DNA of 64,000 bases from an uncultured Candidatus Binatia bacterium (GTDB taxonomy: Bacteria > Desulfobacterota > Binatia > UBA9968 > JAJDTQ01): the NCBI GenBank assembly GCA_965242525.1, contig OZ251459.1:1312001-1376000 (forward strand), given 5' to 3'. This document shows, in pieces, positions 1-8,557 of this stretch. Within the stretch, counting starts at the first letter, position 1; each line of letters opens with the position of its first letter. The notes under the pieces were generated by a model that saw nothing but the letters and a program-made list of their open reading frames with translations, was not told where the DNA came from and ran no database searches. The translations under genes were made by a program, and so were the position numbers.

Positions 1-535
1 AGACCGGCTCGTCCGCCAGTATCACGTCGGGGTCCTGGACCAGCACCCGGGCGATGGCCACGCGCTGTTGCTGGCCCCCCGAGAGCTGGTCCGTGCGGCT
101 GAAGAGCTTCTCGCCGATGCCCACGTCGGCCAGGGCCCGGTAGGCCACGTCCAGCCGGGACGGCCGCGCCAGCGAGACCAGGGACCCCGGCAGGGACCAC
201 CTCCCCAGCATGCCCGACAGCACGTTGTGGACCACCCGCAGGCGCGGCACCAGGTTGTGCTGCTGGTAGATGGTGCCGATGCGCCGCCGGACCTCGCGCA
301 ACCGCCGTCCGTACAGCCCCCCCACCTCCCGGCCGCGGATGGAGAGCCGTCCCGAGGTGGGGCGAACCGTGCAGTTGAGCATGCGGAAGAGCGTGGTCTT
401 GCCCGCGCCGCTGGGTCCGATGAGGGCCACGCGCTCCCCCCTGGCCACCTCCAGGTCGAATCCTTCCAGCGCCGCCTGCCCCTGCCCGAACACCTTGCGG
501 ACGTCCTCCAGGCGGTATTGCGGCGAGGCGGTCAA
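1..535 (-). CDS. phnC: PhnC-like ABC transporter ATP-binding protein (runs off the left edge of the window)
   Basis: Manual translation from TTG at 535, overlapping the binding-protein stop, gives ...[19 protein letters not shown] (Walker A) and later [14 protein letters not shown]...ILADEP. Not in the ORF track because the stop lies outside the window. Confidence 0.85.
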   Translation of the reverse strand, partial: MTASPQYRLEDVRKVFGQGQAALEGFDLEVARGERVALIGPSGAGKTTLFRMLNCTVRPTSGRLSIRGREVGGLYGRRLREVRRRIGTIYQQHNLVPRLRVVHNVLSGMLGRWSLPGSLVSLARPSRLDVAYRALADVGIGEKLFSRTDQLSGGQQQRVAIARVLVQDPDVILADEPV

Positions 536-1395
536 TTGACCTTGAGCATCCCCGCGGCCACGGCCGCGTCCCTGATGCCGTCCCAGTCCGAGTCCCTGGC
601 GGGGACGAACTTCCGGGTGCGCTGCAGGTCCATGATTTCCTTGTGCCGCGGGTCGGCGTAGTCGAGTTTCAGGAGCGCCTGCTTGAACTTTTCCCGGACC
701 TCCTCGGGCACGCCGCCCCGGGCCACCCACACGTAATCCACGTAGGGCGGCGTGGTCCAGAACACGTGGACCTTCCCGACATCGACCCTGCCCTTCTCCA
801 CCAGCTTGGCCCACACCAGGAAATTGAGCACGCCGGCATCCACCCGCCCGGCCGCCACCCACGCCGCGGTGGCGTCATGGGCGCCGCTGAAGCCGAACTT
901 GCGGAAGTCCCGCTCGGGATCCAGTCCCGCGGCCACGAGGAAATGGCGCGGCATCAGGTGTCCGGAGGTGGAGCTCACGCTGCCGAAGGCAAAGGTCTTG
1001 CCCTTGAGGTCCGCCAGCGTCCGGATGCCGGAATCCGTGCGCGTCACGAAGACGCTCTTGAAGGCCCGGTCCTCCACGCGCATGACCAGCCTTGTGGCGC
1101 CCTTGGCTCGATGGACCGCCTGGACCGAGGTGAAGCCGCCGTACCAGGCGATATCCAGCCGCCCCGCGGCCAGCCCTTCCACCGTCGCGGCATAGTCCAC
1201 CACCGGGACGAACTTGACCTTCATCCCCACTTCCTCGGCCAGGTAGTCGGTGAAAGGCTCGTACTTGCGCAACAGTTCCTGGGGGTCCTCGTCGGGTATG
1301 GCGGAGATCCGCAAGGTGTCGGCCCCGGCGCTTCCCAGGGCCGCGAAAGTGAACAGCATCCAGAGGCACAGCCACCGGCCCGGTCGTCGTTTCAT
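532..1395 (-). CDS. phnD: PhnD-family periplasmic binding protein (phosphonate/putative selenate clade)
   Basis: Signal peptide, then LRISAIPDEDP, AWYGGFT, FGSVSSTSGHLMP and GAHDAT motifs. ATG at 1395 is preceded by a GAGGGAGG RBS. Confidence 0.85.
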   Translation of the reverse strand: MKRRPGRWLCLWMLFTFAALGSAGADTLRISAIPDEDPQELLRKYEPFTDYLAEEVGMKVKFVPVVDYAATVEGLAAGRLDIAWYGGFTSVQAVHRAKGATRLVMRVEDRAFKSVFVTRTDSGIRTLADLKGKTFAFGSVSSTSGHLMPRHFLVAAGLDPERDFRKFGFSGAHDATAAWVAAGRVDAGVLNFLVWAKLVEKGRVDVGKVHVFWTTPPYVDYVWVARGGVPEEVREKFKQALLKLDYADPRHKEIMDLQRTRKFVPARDSDWDGIRDAAVAAGMLKVN

Positions 1396-1514
1396 CCAAA
1401 CCTCCCTCGATCGCATGGCCCAATTGGACAGGAAAGCCGCCCATATGTCAAATATACGGGCGGTGACGGTGGGTTGCCGGAAGGAGTTGTGGTAGATTCC
1501 GCGCATCCTCGGCC

Positions 1515-2594
1515 ATGAAAGAATCGCCCCTCCAGGACCTCCACGAGCGCAACGGCGCGGTCTTCCTCCAACGGGAAGGGTGGCGCCTGCCCGCCCATTT
1601 CCGGGACCCCGCGGCGGAATACGACGCGGTGCGTTCCGGCGCGGGCTGGCTCGACTTGGCGGACCGGGCCCTGGTCTCGGTCACAGGCCCGGACGGCGCC
1701 GAGTGGCTCCAGGGCATGCTTTCCAACGACGTCAAGGCCTTGGGCACGGGCGAAGGAGCGCCGGCCGCGGTCCTGAACGTACAGGGGAAGATCCTGGCGG
1801 ACGTGCGGGTGTTCCGTACCGACGATTCCTTCCTCCTGGAACTGGACGAGCCCCTGCTGCCGGGCGTGCTCGCCCACCTGCACGGCTACCTGATCGCCGA
1901 CGAAGTGGATCTCGACGACCTCTCCCGGCGGCTCGCCCTGGTCTCGGTCCAGGGGCCCGAGGCGGAAGCCGTCCTCGCCCGCTTCCTGCCCGCGGACTCG
2001 CTGCCCGGGTCCGACCTGTCCCACCGGGAGTCGGAGTGGGCGGGCGGGCGAATCCGGGTCATCCGGGCCACGCATACGGGGGAGCCCGGCTTCGACCTCG
2101 CGGCGCCGGCGGAAGCCCTCGCGGCCCTGGCGGCGCTCCCCGCGGTCCGGGGCGTCCCGTGGATCGGGGGCCACGCCCGGGAGGTCCTGCGCATCGAGGC
2201 GGGCATCCCCCGGTACGGGGTCGATATGGACGCCGAGACGCTGCTGCTGGAGACCTGCCTCGACAACGCCGTCAGCTTCACCAAGGGATGCTATCTCGGA
2301 CAGGAAACGGTGGAGCGCATCCACTCCCGCGGCCACGTGAACCGCAAGCTGGTGGGCCTCAAGGCCGAAGGCCACTTGGCGCCCGGCCGGGACGACCCGG
2401 TGCTGCGCGACGGCCGCCCCGTGGGCCGGGTCACCAGCGCCACCGTGTCGCCCCGGCTCCAATGCCCCATCGCCCTGGGCTACGTCCACCGGGACTGCGC
2501 CGAGCCCGGAAGCGCCGTCACCATCGCGCACGGACCCCGGAAGATCGCCGCCGCGGTCCATGCGCTGCCCTTCCGACCCCCTCCCGGCCCGTAG
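1515..2594 (+). CDS. ygfZ: YgfZ/GcvT-family folate-binding protein
   Basis: FTKGCYLGQE signature and a GcvT-like N-terminus. Confidence 0.88.
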   Translation: MKESPLQDLHERNGAVFLQREGWRLPAHFRDPAAEYDAVRSGAGWLDLADRALVSVTGPDGAEWLQGMLSNDVKALGTGEGAPAAVLNVQGKILADVRVFRTDDSFLLELDEPLLPGVLAHLHGYLIADEVDLDDLSRRLALVSVQGPEAEAVLARFLPADSLPGSDLSHRESEWAGGRIRVIRATHTGEPGFDLAAPAEALAALAALPAVRGVPWIGGHAREVLRIEAGIPRYGVDMDAETLLLETCLDNAVSFTKGCYLGQETVERIHSRGHVNRKLVGLKAEGHLAPGRDDPVLRDGRPVGRVTSATVSPRLQCPIALGYVHRDCAEPGSAVTIAHGPRKIAAAVHALPFRPPPGP

Positions 2595-2618
2595 TCCGGC
2601 AGGCCCGGAGGCGGGACC

Positions 2619-3077
2619 CTACAGCTTGTCGAGCTCGGCCAGCAGGTCCTGGTTCTCCGGAATGCCGCTCTCGTAGAGCTTGGCGAACCGCACGGTCCCC
2701 TGCTTGTCGATGATGAAGACGGCCCTCTTGGGAAAGCCCTGGGGACGCAGGCAGTCGTACTGCTCGCACACCGCCCCGTGGGGATAGAAATCGGACAACA
2801 TGGGAAAGGTGATCCCGCCCATCTTTTCCGCAAACGCCTTGTGGGCGAAAACCGAGTCCACACTCACGCTCAGGACCTGAGCGTCTCTGGCCTCGAAGCC
2901 GGACTTGTCGGCCTCGAAGTTGCTCAGTTCCTGCTGTCAACCGCCGGTGAAGTCCAGTGGATAGAACGCCAGCACCACGTTCTTTTTGCCGGCGTAGTCA
3001 CCCAGGGAAACCTTCTCGTCCCGGGAAACCGGCAGGCTGAATTGGGGAGCCTTCTCCCCTACGTTGGGCATTGCCAT
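2619..3077 (-). CDS. Selenocysteine-containing peroxiredoxin (AhpC/TSA, AhpE-like), 152 aa, Sec at codon 47
   Basis: MAMPNVGEKAPQFSL...NVVLAFYPLDFTGG-TGA-QQELSNF...SVDSVFAHKAF...RAVFIIDKQG. The TGA (2937-2939) sits exactly at the peroxidatic Cys of PxxxTxxC, the frame is open on both sides, and an AAGGAG RBS lies upstream. Confidence 0.9.
2891..2919 (-). promoter_or_regulatory. Putative bacterial SECIS hairpin
   Basis: 17 nt after the UGA: CTTCGAGGCCG-ACAAGTC-CGGCTTCGAGG, an 11-bp stem (two G-U pairs) with a 7-nt loop. Confidence 0.7.
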
Positions 3078-3140
3078 TGCGCGTCTCCTTTCCGCTTGCT
3101 TTCCTCGGTTCCTTTCGAACGTCCGCTCCCACGCTGTCTA

Positions 3141-3689
3141 TCACACTCCGCCGCGGCGATAAAGGCGGCGGAAGTCCTTCAGGGCCTCCACCGTGCTGGG
3201 AAAGGCGAGGTCGTCCCAGGGGATCCGGGACGGGGCGAAGGTGCCGGCCTCGGTGCTCTCGTCTCCGGCCGCAAGGGTCCCTCCCACCACGTCCGCCACA
3301 TAGACGATGATGACGTTGGGGGATCCGGGGTAGGAGTAAACGCCCAGGAGCGACCGGGTGGCCACCTCCAGGTTGCTTTCCTCCCGGGTCTCCCGGACCG
3401 CGGCTTCGGCCGTGCTTTCGCCCCTGTCCACGTAACCGCCGGGGAAGACCCACTTGCCCAGGGCCGGCTCGATGCCCCGGCGCAGCAGCACCACGCCCCG
3501 GTGGAGCATGCAAACGGCGCCGGCCACCACCTTGGGGTCCTGGTAGAATATGAACGAGCACTCCCCGCAGACCAGGCGCTCGGGCTCGTGGTCCTTGAGC
3601 ACGCGCCGCGCCAGCGGCCCGGCGCAACGGGGGCAGAAGCGGTAACCGCCGGCCCCGTGGTGGTGCGCGTGATGGTCGTGGTTCGCCAT
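3141..3689 (-). CDS. NUDIX hydrolase with N-terminal His-rich tract and Zn ribbon
   Basis: CPRC...CGEC ribbon and Nudix box GGYVDRGESTAEAAVRETREES. Start reassigned to ATG at 3689. Confidence 0.88.
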   Translation of the reverse strand: MANHDHHAHHHGAGGYRFCPRCAGPLARRVLKDHEPERLVCGECSFIFYQDPKVVAGAVCMLHRGVVLLRRGIEPALGKWVFPGGYVDRGESTAEAAVRETREESNLEVATRSLLGVYSYPGSPNVIIVYVADVVGGTLAAGDESTEAGTFAPSRIPWDDLAFPSTVEALKDFRRLYRRGGV

Positions 3690-3736
3690 GGACGGCTCTT
3701 TCGTCGTCGGGTCCGTGCGAGGGACCCCCGGCCTCC

Positions 3737-4483
3737 CTACCGCGCCGCGGGCGCCCGCGGGAGGGCCGCGGCGCGCCGGAGGGCCGCCACCTCCTCCCCG
3801 GACAGGGGGCGCAAGGCCCCCGGGGCCAGGGCCCCCAGCGCGATGGGGCCGAAGCGGCTCCTCACGAGCCTCTCCACCGTGTGGCCCACCGCTTCCACCA
3901 TCCTCCGCACCTGCCGGTTGCGCCCCTCCCGGAGTTCGATGCACAGCCACGCCTTCCGCTTCAGGCGCTTCCGCACCCGCACCCGGGCCGGCGCGGTCAT
4001 GCCGTCGTCGAGCCTGACGCCGCGGCGCAGCCGCTCCAGTTGCGCTTCCGTCGGGGTCCCGCTCAACTTGACCTCATAGGCCTTGCGGACGCCGTGGCTC
4101 GGATGGGTCAGGCGGTGGACCAGGTCTCCGTCGTTGCTGAGCAGCAACAGGCCCGAAGTGCCGTAGTCCAGCCGCCCCGCGGGAACGACTCCGGGCGGAT
4201 GGCCCCCGCCGCGCAAGTAGTCGGCCACGGTGGGCCGCCCTTCGGTGTCCCGCATGGTAGTGAGGACCCCGCCGGGCTTGTGGAACGCCAGATAGACAAT
4301 GGACGCCGCGGGGCGCAGCAGCCGGCCGTCCACGCGGATGCTGTCCCGGGCCGCGTCGGCCTGCGTCCCCAGCTCCCGGACCCGATGCCCGTTGACCGAG
4401 ACGCGGCCCTGGACGATCCACTGTTCCGACTGGCGCCTGGAGGCGAGTCCCGCCCGGGCCATGATCCTCTGGAGCCGTTCCAT
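3737..4483 (-). CDS. rluB: 23S rRNA pseudouridine synthase (RluB/RsuA family)
   Basis: S4 domain, GRLD catalytic motif, EGRNRQVRRM; adjacent to scpB. Confidence 0.9.
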   Translation of the reverse strand: MERLQRIMARAGLASRRQSEQWIVQGRVSVNGHRVRELGTQADAARDSIRVDGRLLRPAASIVYLAFHKPGGVLTTMRDTEGRPTVADYLRGGGHPPGVVPAGRLDYGTSGLLLLSNDGDLVHRLTHPSHGVRKAYEVKLSGTPTEAQLERLRRGVRLDDGMTAPARVRVRKRLKRKAWLCIELREGRNRQVRRMVEAVGHTVERLVRSRFGPIALGALAPGALRPLSGEEVAALRRAAALPRAPAAR

Positions 4484-4492
4484 GGGTCCGTG

Positions 4493-5203
4493 TCAACCGG
4501 GGACTTTCCCGTTCCCGAAAGGGTCCGCTCCGGGGTCTTCCGGGGCAGTCCGGTCCGCGGGACCCTCCTCCTCGCTTTCGGTCTCCGGGTCGGGGCGCTC
4601 CATGACCGTATCCCCGGCGCCTGCCGGAGGCAACGGATCGCCCGAAGGGGGCGCCGGCTCGCGCGGTTCGCCCTCCGCGCGGGTCATGTCCTCCATCTCC
4701 TGCAGGGTCGGCAGGCTCGCCAGGTCCTTGAGGTTGAAGGCCTCCAGGAACTCGCGGGTGGTGCCGTAGAGGAAAGGCTTGCCGGCCACGTCCTTCCGCC
4801 CCACGATCCGCACCAGGCGGCGCTCCAGCAGCGTCGATACCACGCCGTCCACGTTGACCCCGCGGATCTCCTCCATCTCCGCCCGGGTCACGGGTTGCCG
4901 GTAGGCGATGATGGCCAGGGTCTCCAGGTTCGCCCGGCTCATGCGCGCGGGCTTCACCGCGGTGAGCTTCCGCACGAAGTCCGCGTGCTCCCTGGGAGTC
5001 CGCAACTGGAAGCTGTTGGCCACCTCCACCAGACGCAGCCCCCGGCCGGCGTCCTCGTACTCGCGCTGCAACCCCCGGAGGGCATCGAGGACCTCCCCCC
5101 GCGGGACCTCCCCCACCACGCCCTTCAGGCGATCGACGGACAGGGGCTCGTCCGCGGCCAGCAACAGGCTTTCGAGTATGGACTTGAGCCGGTCAGTCTC
5201 CAT
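4493..5203 (-). CDS. scpB: SMC-Scp complex subunit ScpB
   Basis: LETLAIIAYRQPVTRAEMEEIRGV and YGTTREFL motifs. Confidence 0.95.
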   Translation of the reverse strand: METDRLKSILESLLLAADEPLSVDRLKGVVGEVPRGEVLDALRGLQREYEDAGRGLRLVEVANSFQLRTPREHADFVRKLTAVKPARMSRANLETLAIIAYRQPVTRAEMEEIRGVNVDGVVSTLLERRLVRIVGRKDVAGKPFLYGTTREFLEAFNLKDLASLPTLQEMEDMTRAEGEPREPAPPSGDPLPPAGAGDTVMERPDPETESEEEGPADRTAPEDPGADPFGNGKVPG

Positions 5204-5957
5204 AGCCGTCCTCCGGCGCCTCCGCGTCCAGGGCCGCGCCGGCCTCGGACAGCGCGAGGGTCAGGACGATGGGACCCAGGCGCTCTTCCTGCACCGCGTC
5301 CACCGCGCGGATGCGGATGAGCTCCAGCAGCGCGAGGAACGTCACCACCACCTCCATGCGCGAACCCGCGGCGTCGAACAGCTCGTGGAAGAGCAGCGGC
5401 GCGCGGCCCCGGAGCTCGTCGAGGATGCCGGTCATGCGCTCGCGCACGGACACGGTCTCCTGCACCACCGTGTGGACGGACGGTTCCGGGAACCTTTCCA
5501 GCACCCGCTGGAGCGCGGACATGAGGTCGAACACGGAAAGCTGCTCGAAACGGACCTCCCTGACCGGCGCGGACCGGCCCTGCCGCGCGAACACGTCCCG
5601 GTTGAGGATCTCCCGCCCCTCCAGGTCCCGGGCCGCGTTCTTGAAGCGTTCGTACTCCAGCAGCCGGCGCACCAGCTCCTCCCGGCCGTCGCCGGCCTCG
5701 TCGTCGTCATCCTCCTCGCCCTCTTCCTCCGGCGGGAGCAGGGTCTTCGACTTGATGTGCAGGAGGGTGGCCGCCATGACCAGGTACTCCCCGGACACGT
5801 CGAGGTTGAGGCCCTGCATCAACTCCAGCGCGGCCAGGTACTGCTCGGTGATGGACGCGATGGGGACGTCCACGATGCTGAGGTCGTTCTTCCGGATCAG
5901 ATGGAGCAGCAGGTCCAGCGGACCTTCGTAGATGGGCAGTTGCACGCGGAGGGACAT
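5193..5957 (-). CDS. scpA: Segregation/condensation protein ScpA
   Basis: YEGPLDLLLHLI, EYLVMAATLLHIKSKTLLP and VVTFLALLEL motifs. Confidence 0.95.
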   Translation of the reverse strand: MSLRVQLPIYEGPLDLLLHLIRKNDLSIVDVPIASITEQYLAALELMQGLNLDVSGEYLVMAATLLHIKSKTLLPPEEEGEEDDDDEAGDGREELVRRLLEYERFKNAARDLEGREILNRDVFARQGRSAPVREVRFEQLSVFDLMSALQRVLERFPEPSVHTVVQETVSVRERMTGILDELRGRAPLLFHELFDAAGSRMEVVVTFLALLELIRIRAVDAVQEERLGPIVLTLALSEAGAALDAEAPEDGYGD

Positions 5958-5960
5958 GGC

Positions 5961-6938
5961 CTACAGGGTCAGCGCGGACCGCACCTCGCCCATGGTGGCC
6001 GCGGCCTCCCGGCCGGCCACGCGGTTGCCCTGGGCGATGACGTCGCGGATGTCGTCCGGCCGTTTTTCGTAGCGGACCAGGTTTTCCCGGAACGGCGCAA
6101 GGTCGTCGATGACGTGGCGGATCATCACTTTCTTGCAGTCCAGGCAGCCGATGCCCGCGCTCCGGCACCCTTCGGAGACCTCCCGGATCTCCTCGGGGGT
6201 GCTGTAGATCCTGTGCAGTTGGAAGGCCGGGCACTTTTCCGGCTCGCCCGGGTCCGTGCGTCGGACCCGGGCGGTGTCGGTCACCATCCGGCTCAGCTTC
6301 CGGTCGATGGCCTCGGGGGGGTCCGACAGCAGCACCGAGTTGCCGTAGCTCTTGCTCATCTTGCGCCCGTCCAGTCCCGGCACCCGCCGGGCTTCCGCGA
6401 GCAGCACCTCCGGCTCGGGGAAGACCGGGCCGTAGAGGCCGTTGAAGCGCCGGACGATCTCCCGCGTCAGCTCCACGTGGGGGGCCTGGTCCGCCCCCAC
6501 CGGCACCCGGTGGGCCTTGTACATGATGATGTCGGCCGCCTGCAGCACCGGGTAGCCCAGGAACCCGTAGGTGGACAGGTCGCGCCCGCTGAGCTCCTGC
6601 ACCTGCTCCTTGTAGGTGGGGTTCCGTTCCAGCCAGGGGACCGGAGTCAACATGGAGAGGAGCAGGTGGAGCTCCGCGTGCTCCTTCACGTCGGACTGCC
6701 GGAAGATCGTGCACTTGGCCGGGTCCAGGCCCACGCTGAGCCATTCCGCCACCATGGCATGGGAGCTTTCCCGGATCCGGTCGGGGGACTGGTAGTCTGT
6801 GGTCAGCGCGTGCCAGTCGGCCACGAAGAAGAAACAGCGGTAGTCCTCCTGCAAGCCCACCCAGTTGCGCAGGGCTCCGTGCAGGTGGCCCAGGTGGAGG
6901 AGTCCGGTGGGGCGCGCCCCGCTTACGATGGTCTGCAT
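5961..6938 (-). CDS. trpS: Tryptophan--tRNA ligase
   Basis: HLGH (HIGH-like), YPVLQAADI and KMSKS motifs. Confidence 0.96.
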   Translation of the reverse strand: MQTIVSGARPTGLLHLGHLHGALRNWVGLQEDYRCFFFVADWHALTTDYQSPDRIRESSHAMVAEWLSVGLDPAKCTIFRQSDVKEHAELHLLLSMLTPVPWLERNPTYKEQVQELSGRDLSTYGFLGYPVLQAADIIMYKAHRVPVGADQAPHVELTREIVRRFNGLYGPVFPEPEVLLAEARRVPGLDGRKMSKSYGNSVLLSDPPEAIDRKLSRMVTDTARVRRTDPGEPEKCPAFQLHRIYSTPEEIREVSEGCRSAGIGCLDCKKVMIRHVIDDLAPFRENLVRYEKRPDDIRDVIAQGNRVAGREAAATMGEVRSALTL

Positions 6939-6947
6939 GGCTCCAGC

Positions 6948-7604
6948 TTACACGACTCCGACGATGACGGCCAGAAACCAGATCACCGAGTCCCCCAGGG
7001 GCGCCAGCGTGTAGCTCAAGACCCCGGTCATCAGCAGGGCCACGACGATGAGTATCCCGAAAGGCTCCACGCGGGCCACCTGCATGGCCTGGGGTTCGGG
7101 CAGGAGTCCCACCAGTACCCGGCCGCCGTCCAGGGGCGGCACCGGAAGGACGTTGAACAGGGCCAGCATGACGTTGATGCGGACGCCGGCCACGCCCATG
7201 TACCACAGGTACGACGCCAGGGAGCCGGTGGCGGCGCTTTCGGTCACTAGGATGAGTTTCAGCAGCACCAGGCTCAGCAGGGCGAGGACCAGGTTGGCGC
7301 CGGGACCCGCCAGGGCCACCCGGACCATGTCGCGCCGGGGGTCCTTCAGGTTGTGGTAGTCCACCGGCACCGGCTTGGCGTAACCGAACACCGGGGCCCC
7401 GGCCCAGAGCAGCACCGCGGGCAGCAGCACGGTCCCCACCAAGTCGATGTGGGACAGAGGGTTCAGGGTCAGCCGGCCCATGGCCGCGGCCGTGGGGTCC
7501 CCCAGCCGGTAGGCCACCCAACCGTGCGCCACTTCGTGGAACACGATGGCCGCGAGGACCGGGAACGCCCAGATGGACAACTGCCAGAGGAACTCCTGGG
7601 GCAT
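6948..7604 (-). CDS. Site-2 protease family (M50) membrane metalloprotease
   Basis: HEVAH and NVLPVPPLDG motifs. Start reassigned to ATG at 7604 (AAGGAAG RBS). Confidence 0.92.
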   Translation of the reverse strand: MPQEFLWQLSIWAFPVLAAIVFHEVAHGWVAYRLGDPTAAAMGRLTLNPLSHIDLVGTVLLPAVLLWAGAPVFGYAKPVPVDYHNLKDPRRDMVRVALAGPGANLVLALLSLVLLKLILVTESAATGSLASYLWYMGVAGVRINVMLALFNVLPVPPLDGGRVLVGLLPEPQAMQVARVEPFGILIVVALLMTGVLSYTLAPLGDSVIWFLAVIVGVV

Positions 7605-7639
7605 GGGAACTTCCTTGAGCGGCGCGCCGGGCGGGCGCG

Positions 7640-8557
7640 TCAGCGCTTGCCCTCCTGCTTCTCGCGAGGATGGTAGCGCCGGTGGACCTGTTTGATGCGG
7701 GTGCGGCTCACGTGCGTATAGATCTGGGTGGTGGCGATGTCCGAGTGCCCCAGCATCGACTGGACCGCGCGCAGGTCCGCGCCCCCCTCCAGCAGGTGGG
7801 TGGCGAAAGAGTGGCGCAGGGTATGGGGCGTGACCCGGTGCTGCAACCCGGCCCGCCGGGCGTACCCCCGGATCAGCTTCCAGAACCCCTGGCGCGTGAG
7901 CGGCCGGCCCGAACGGTTGAGGAACAGGTAGTCGCTGTGCCCCCGGGCAAGGAAGCGCGGGCGGACGTCCCTCAGGTAACGCAGCATGCAGTCCCGGGCC
8001 CAGCGGCCGAAGGGGACCAGCCGCACCTTGGCCCCTTTCCCCTTGACGGTCAAGTAGTTGCCCTCCAGGTTGACCTGCTGCAGGGTGAGGGAGACCAGCT
8101 CCGAGACCCTGAGCCCGCTGCCGTAGAGCAGCTCCAGCATGGCGCGGTCCCGGGCCCCCAGGGGCTTGGCCTCGTCGGGTTGCTCCAGCAGCGTGCGCAT
8201 GTCCTCGCTGCCCAGGGTCTCCGGCAGGCGGCCCGAGGCCCCCCGGGACGAGAACTCGGGTACGGGGTCGGCGGCCACCGCCTCCTCCTCGATCAGGAAA
8301 CGGTAGAACCGCTGCATGGTGCCCAGGAGCCGCGTGACCGACCGGTCGCCCAGGCCGCACGCCCTGAGGTCGGCTGCGTAGGCGCGCAGGTCCGACCGGG
8401 TGGCGTCGCCCCAGGAGCGGACCCCCCGTTCCGAGAGGAACTCCGCCAGCCGGTTCAGGTCCCGGCTGTAGGCCTCCAGGGTATTGGCCGCCAGTCCCCG
8501 CTCCACCGCCGCCGCCTCCAGGAACCTGTCAACCTGTTGCGTGAGCTCGTCGTGCAT
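7640..8557 (-). CDS. xerD: Tyrosine recombinase XerD
   Basis: ERGLAANTLEAY, RDRAMLELLYGSGLRVSE, HTLRHSFATHLL and LGHSDIATTQIYTHV. Confidence 0.93.
   Translation of the reverse strand: MHDELTQQVDRFLEAAAVERGLAANTLEAYSRDLNRLAEFLSERGVRSWGDATRSDLRAYAADLRACGLGDRSVTRLLGTMQRFYRFLIEEEAVAADPVPEFSSRGASGRLPETLGSEDMRTLLEQPDEAKPLGARDRAMLELLYGSGLRVSELVSLTLQQVNLEGNYLTVKGKGAKVRLVPFGRWARDCMLRYLRDVRPRFLARGHSDYLFLNRSGRPLTRQGFWKLIRGYARRAGLQHRVTPHTLRHSFATHLLEGGADLRAVQSMLGHSDIATTQIYTHVSRTRIKQVHRRYHPREKQEGKR

Noticed and set aside
2937-2939. Peroxiredoxin as a nonsense pseudogene
   Set aside because: The stop is TGA exactly at the catalytic Cys position with a downstream hairpin, so Sec recoding explains it better.
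7640-8557. Tyrosine recombinase as a prophage or island integrase
   Set aside because: Typical XerD sequence in a housekeeping context, with no att sites, tRNA or phage genes.
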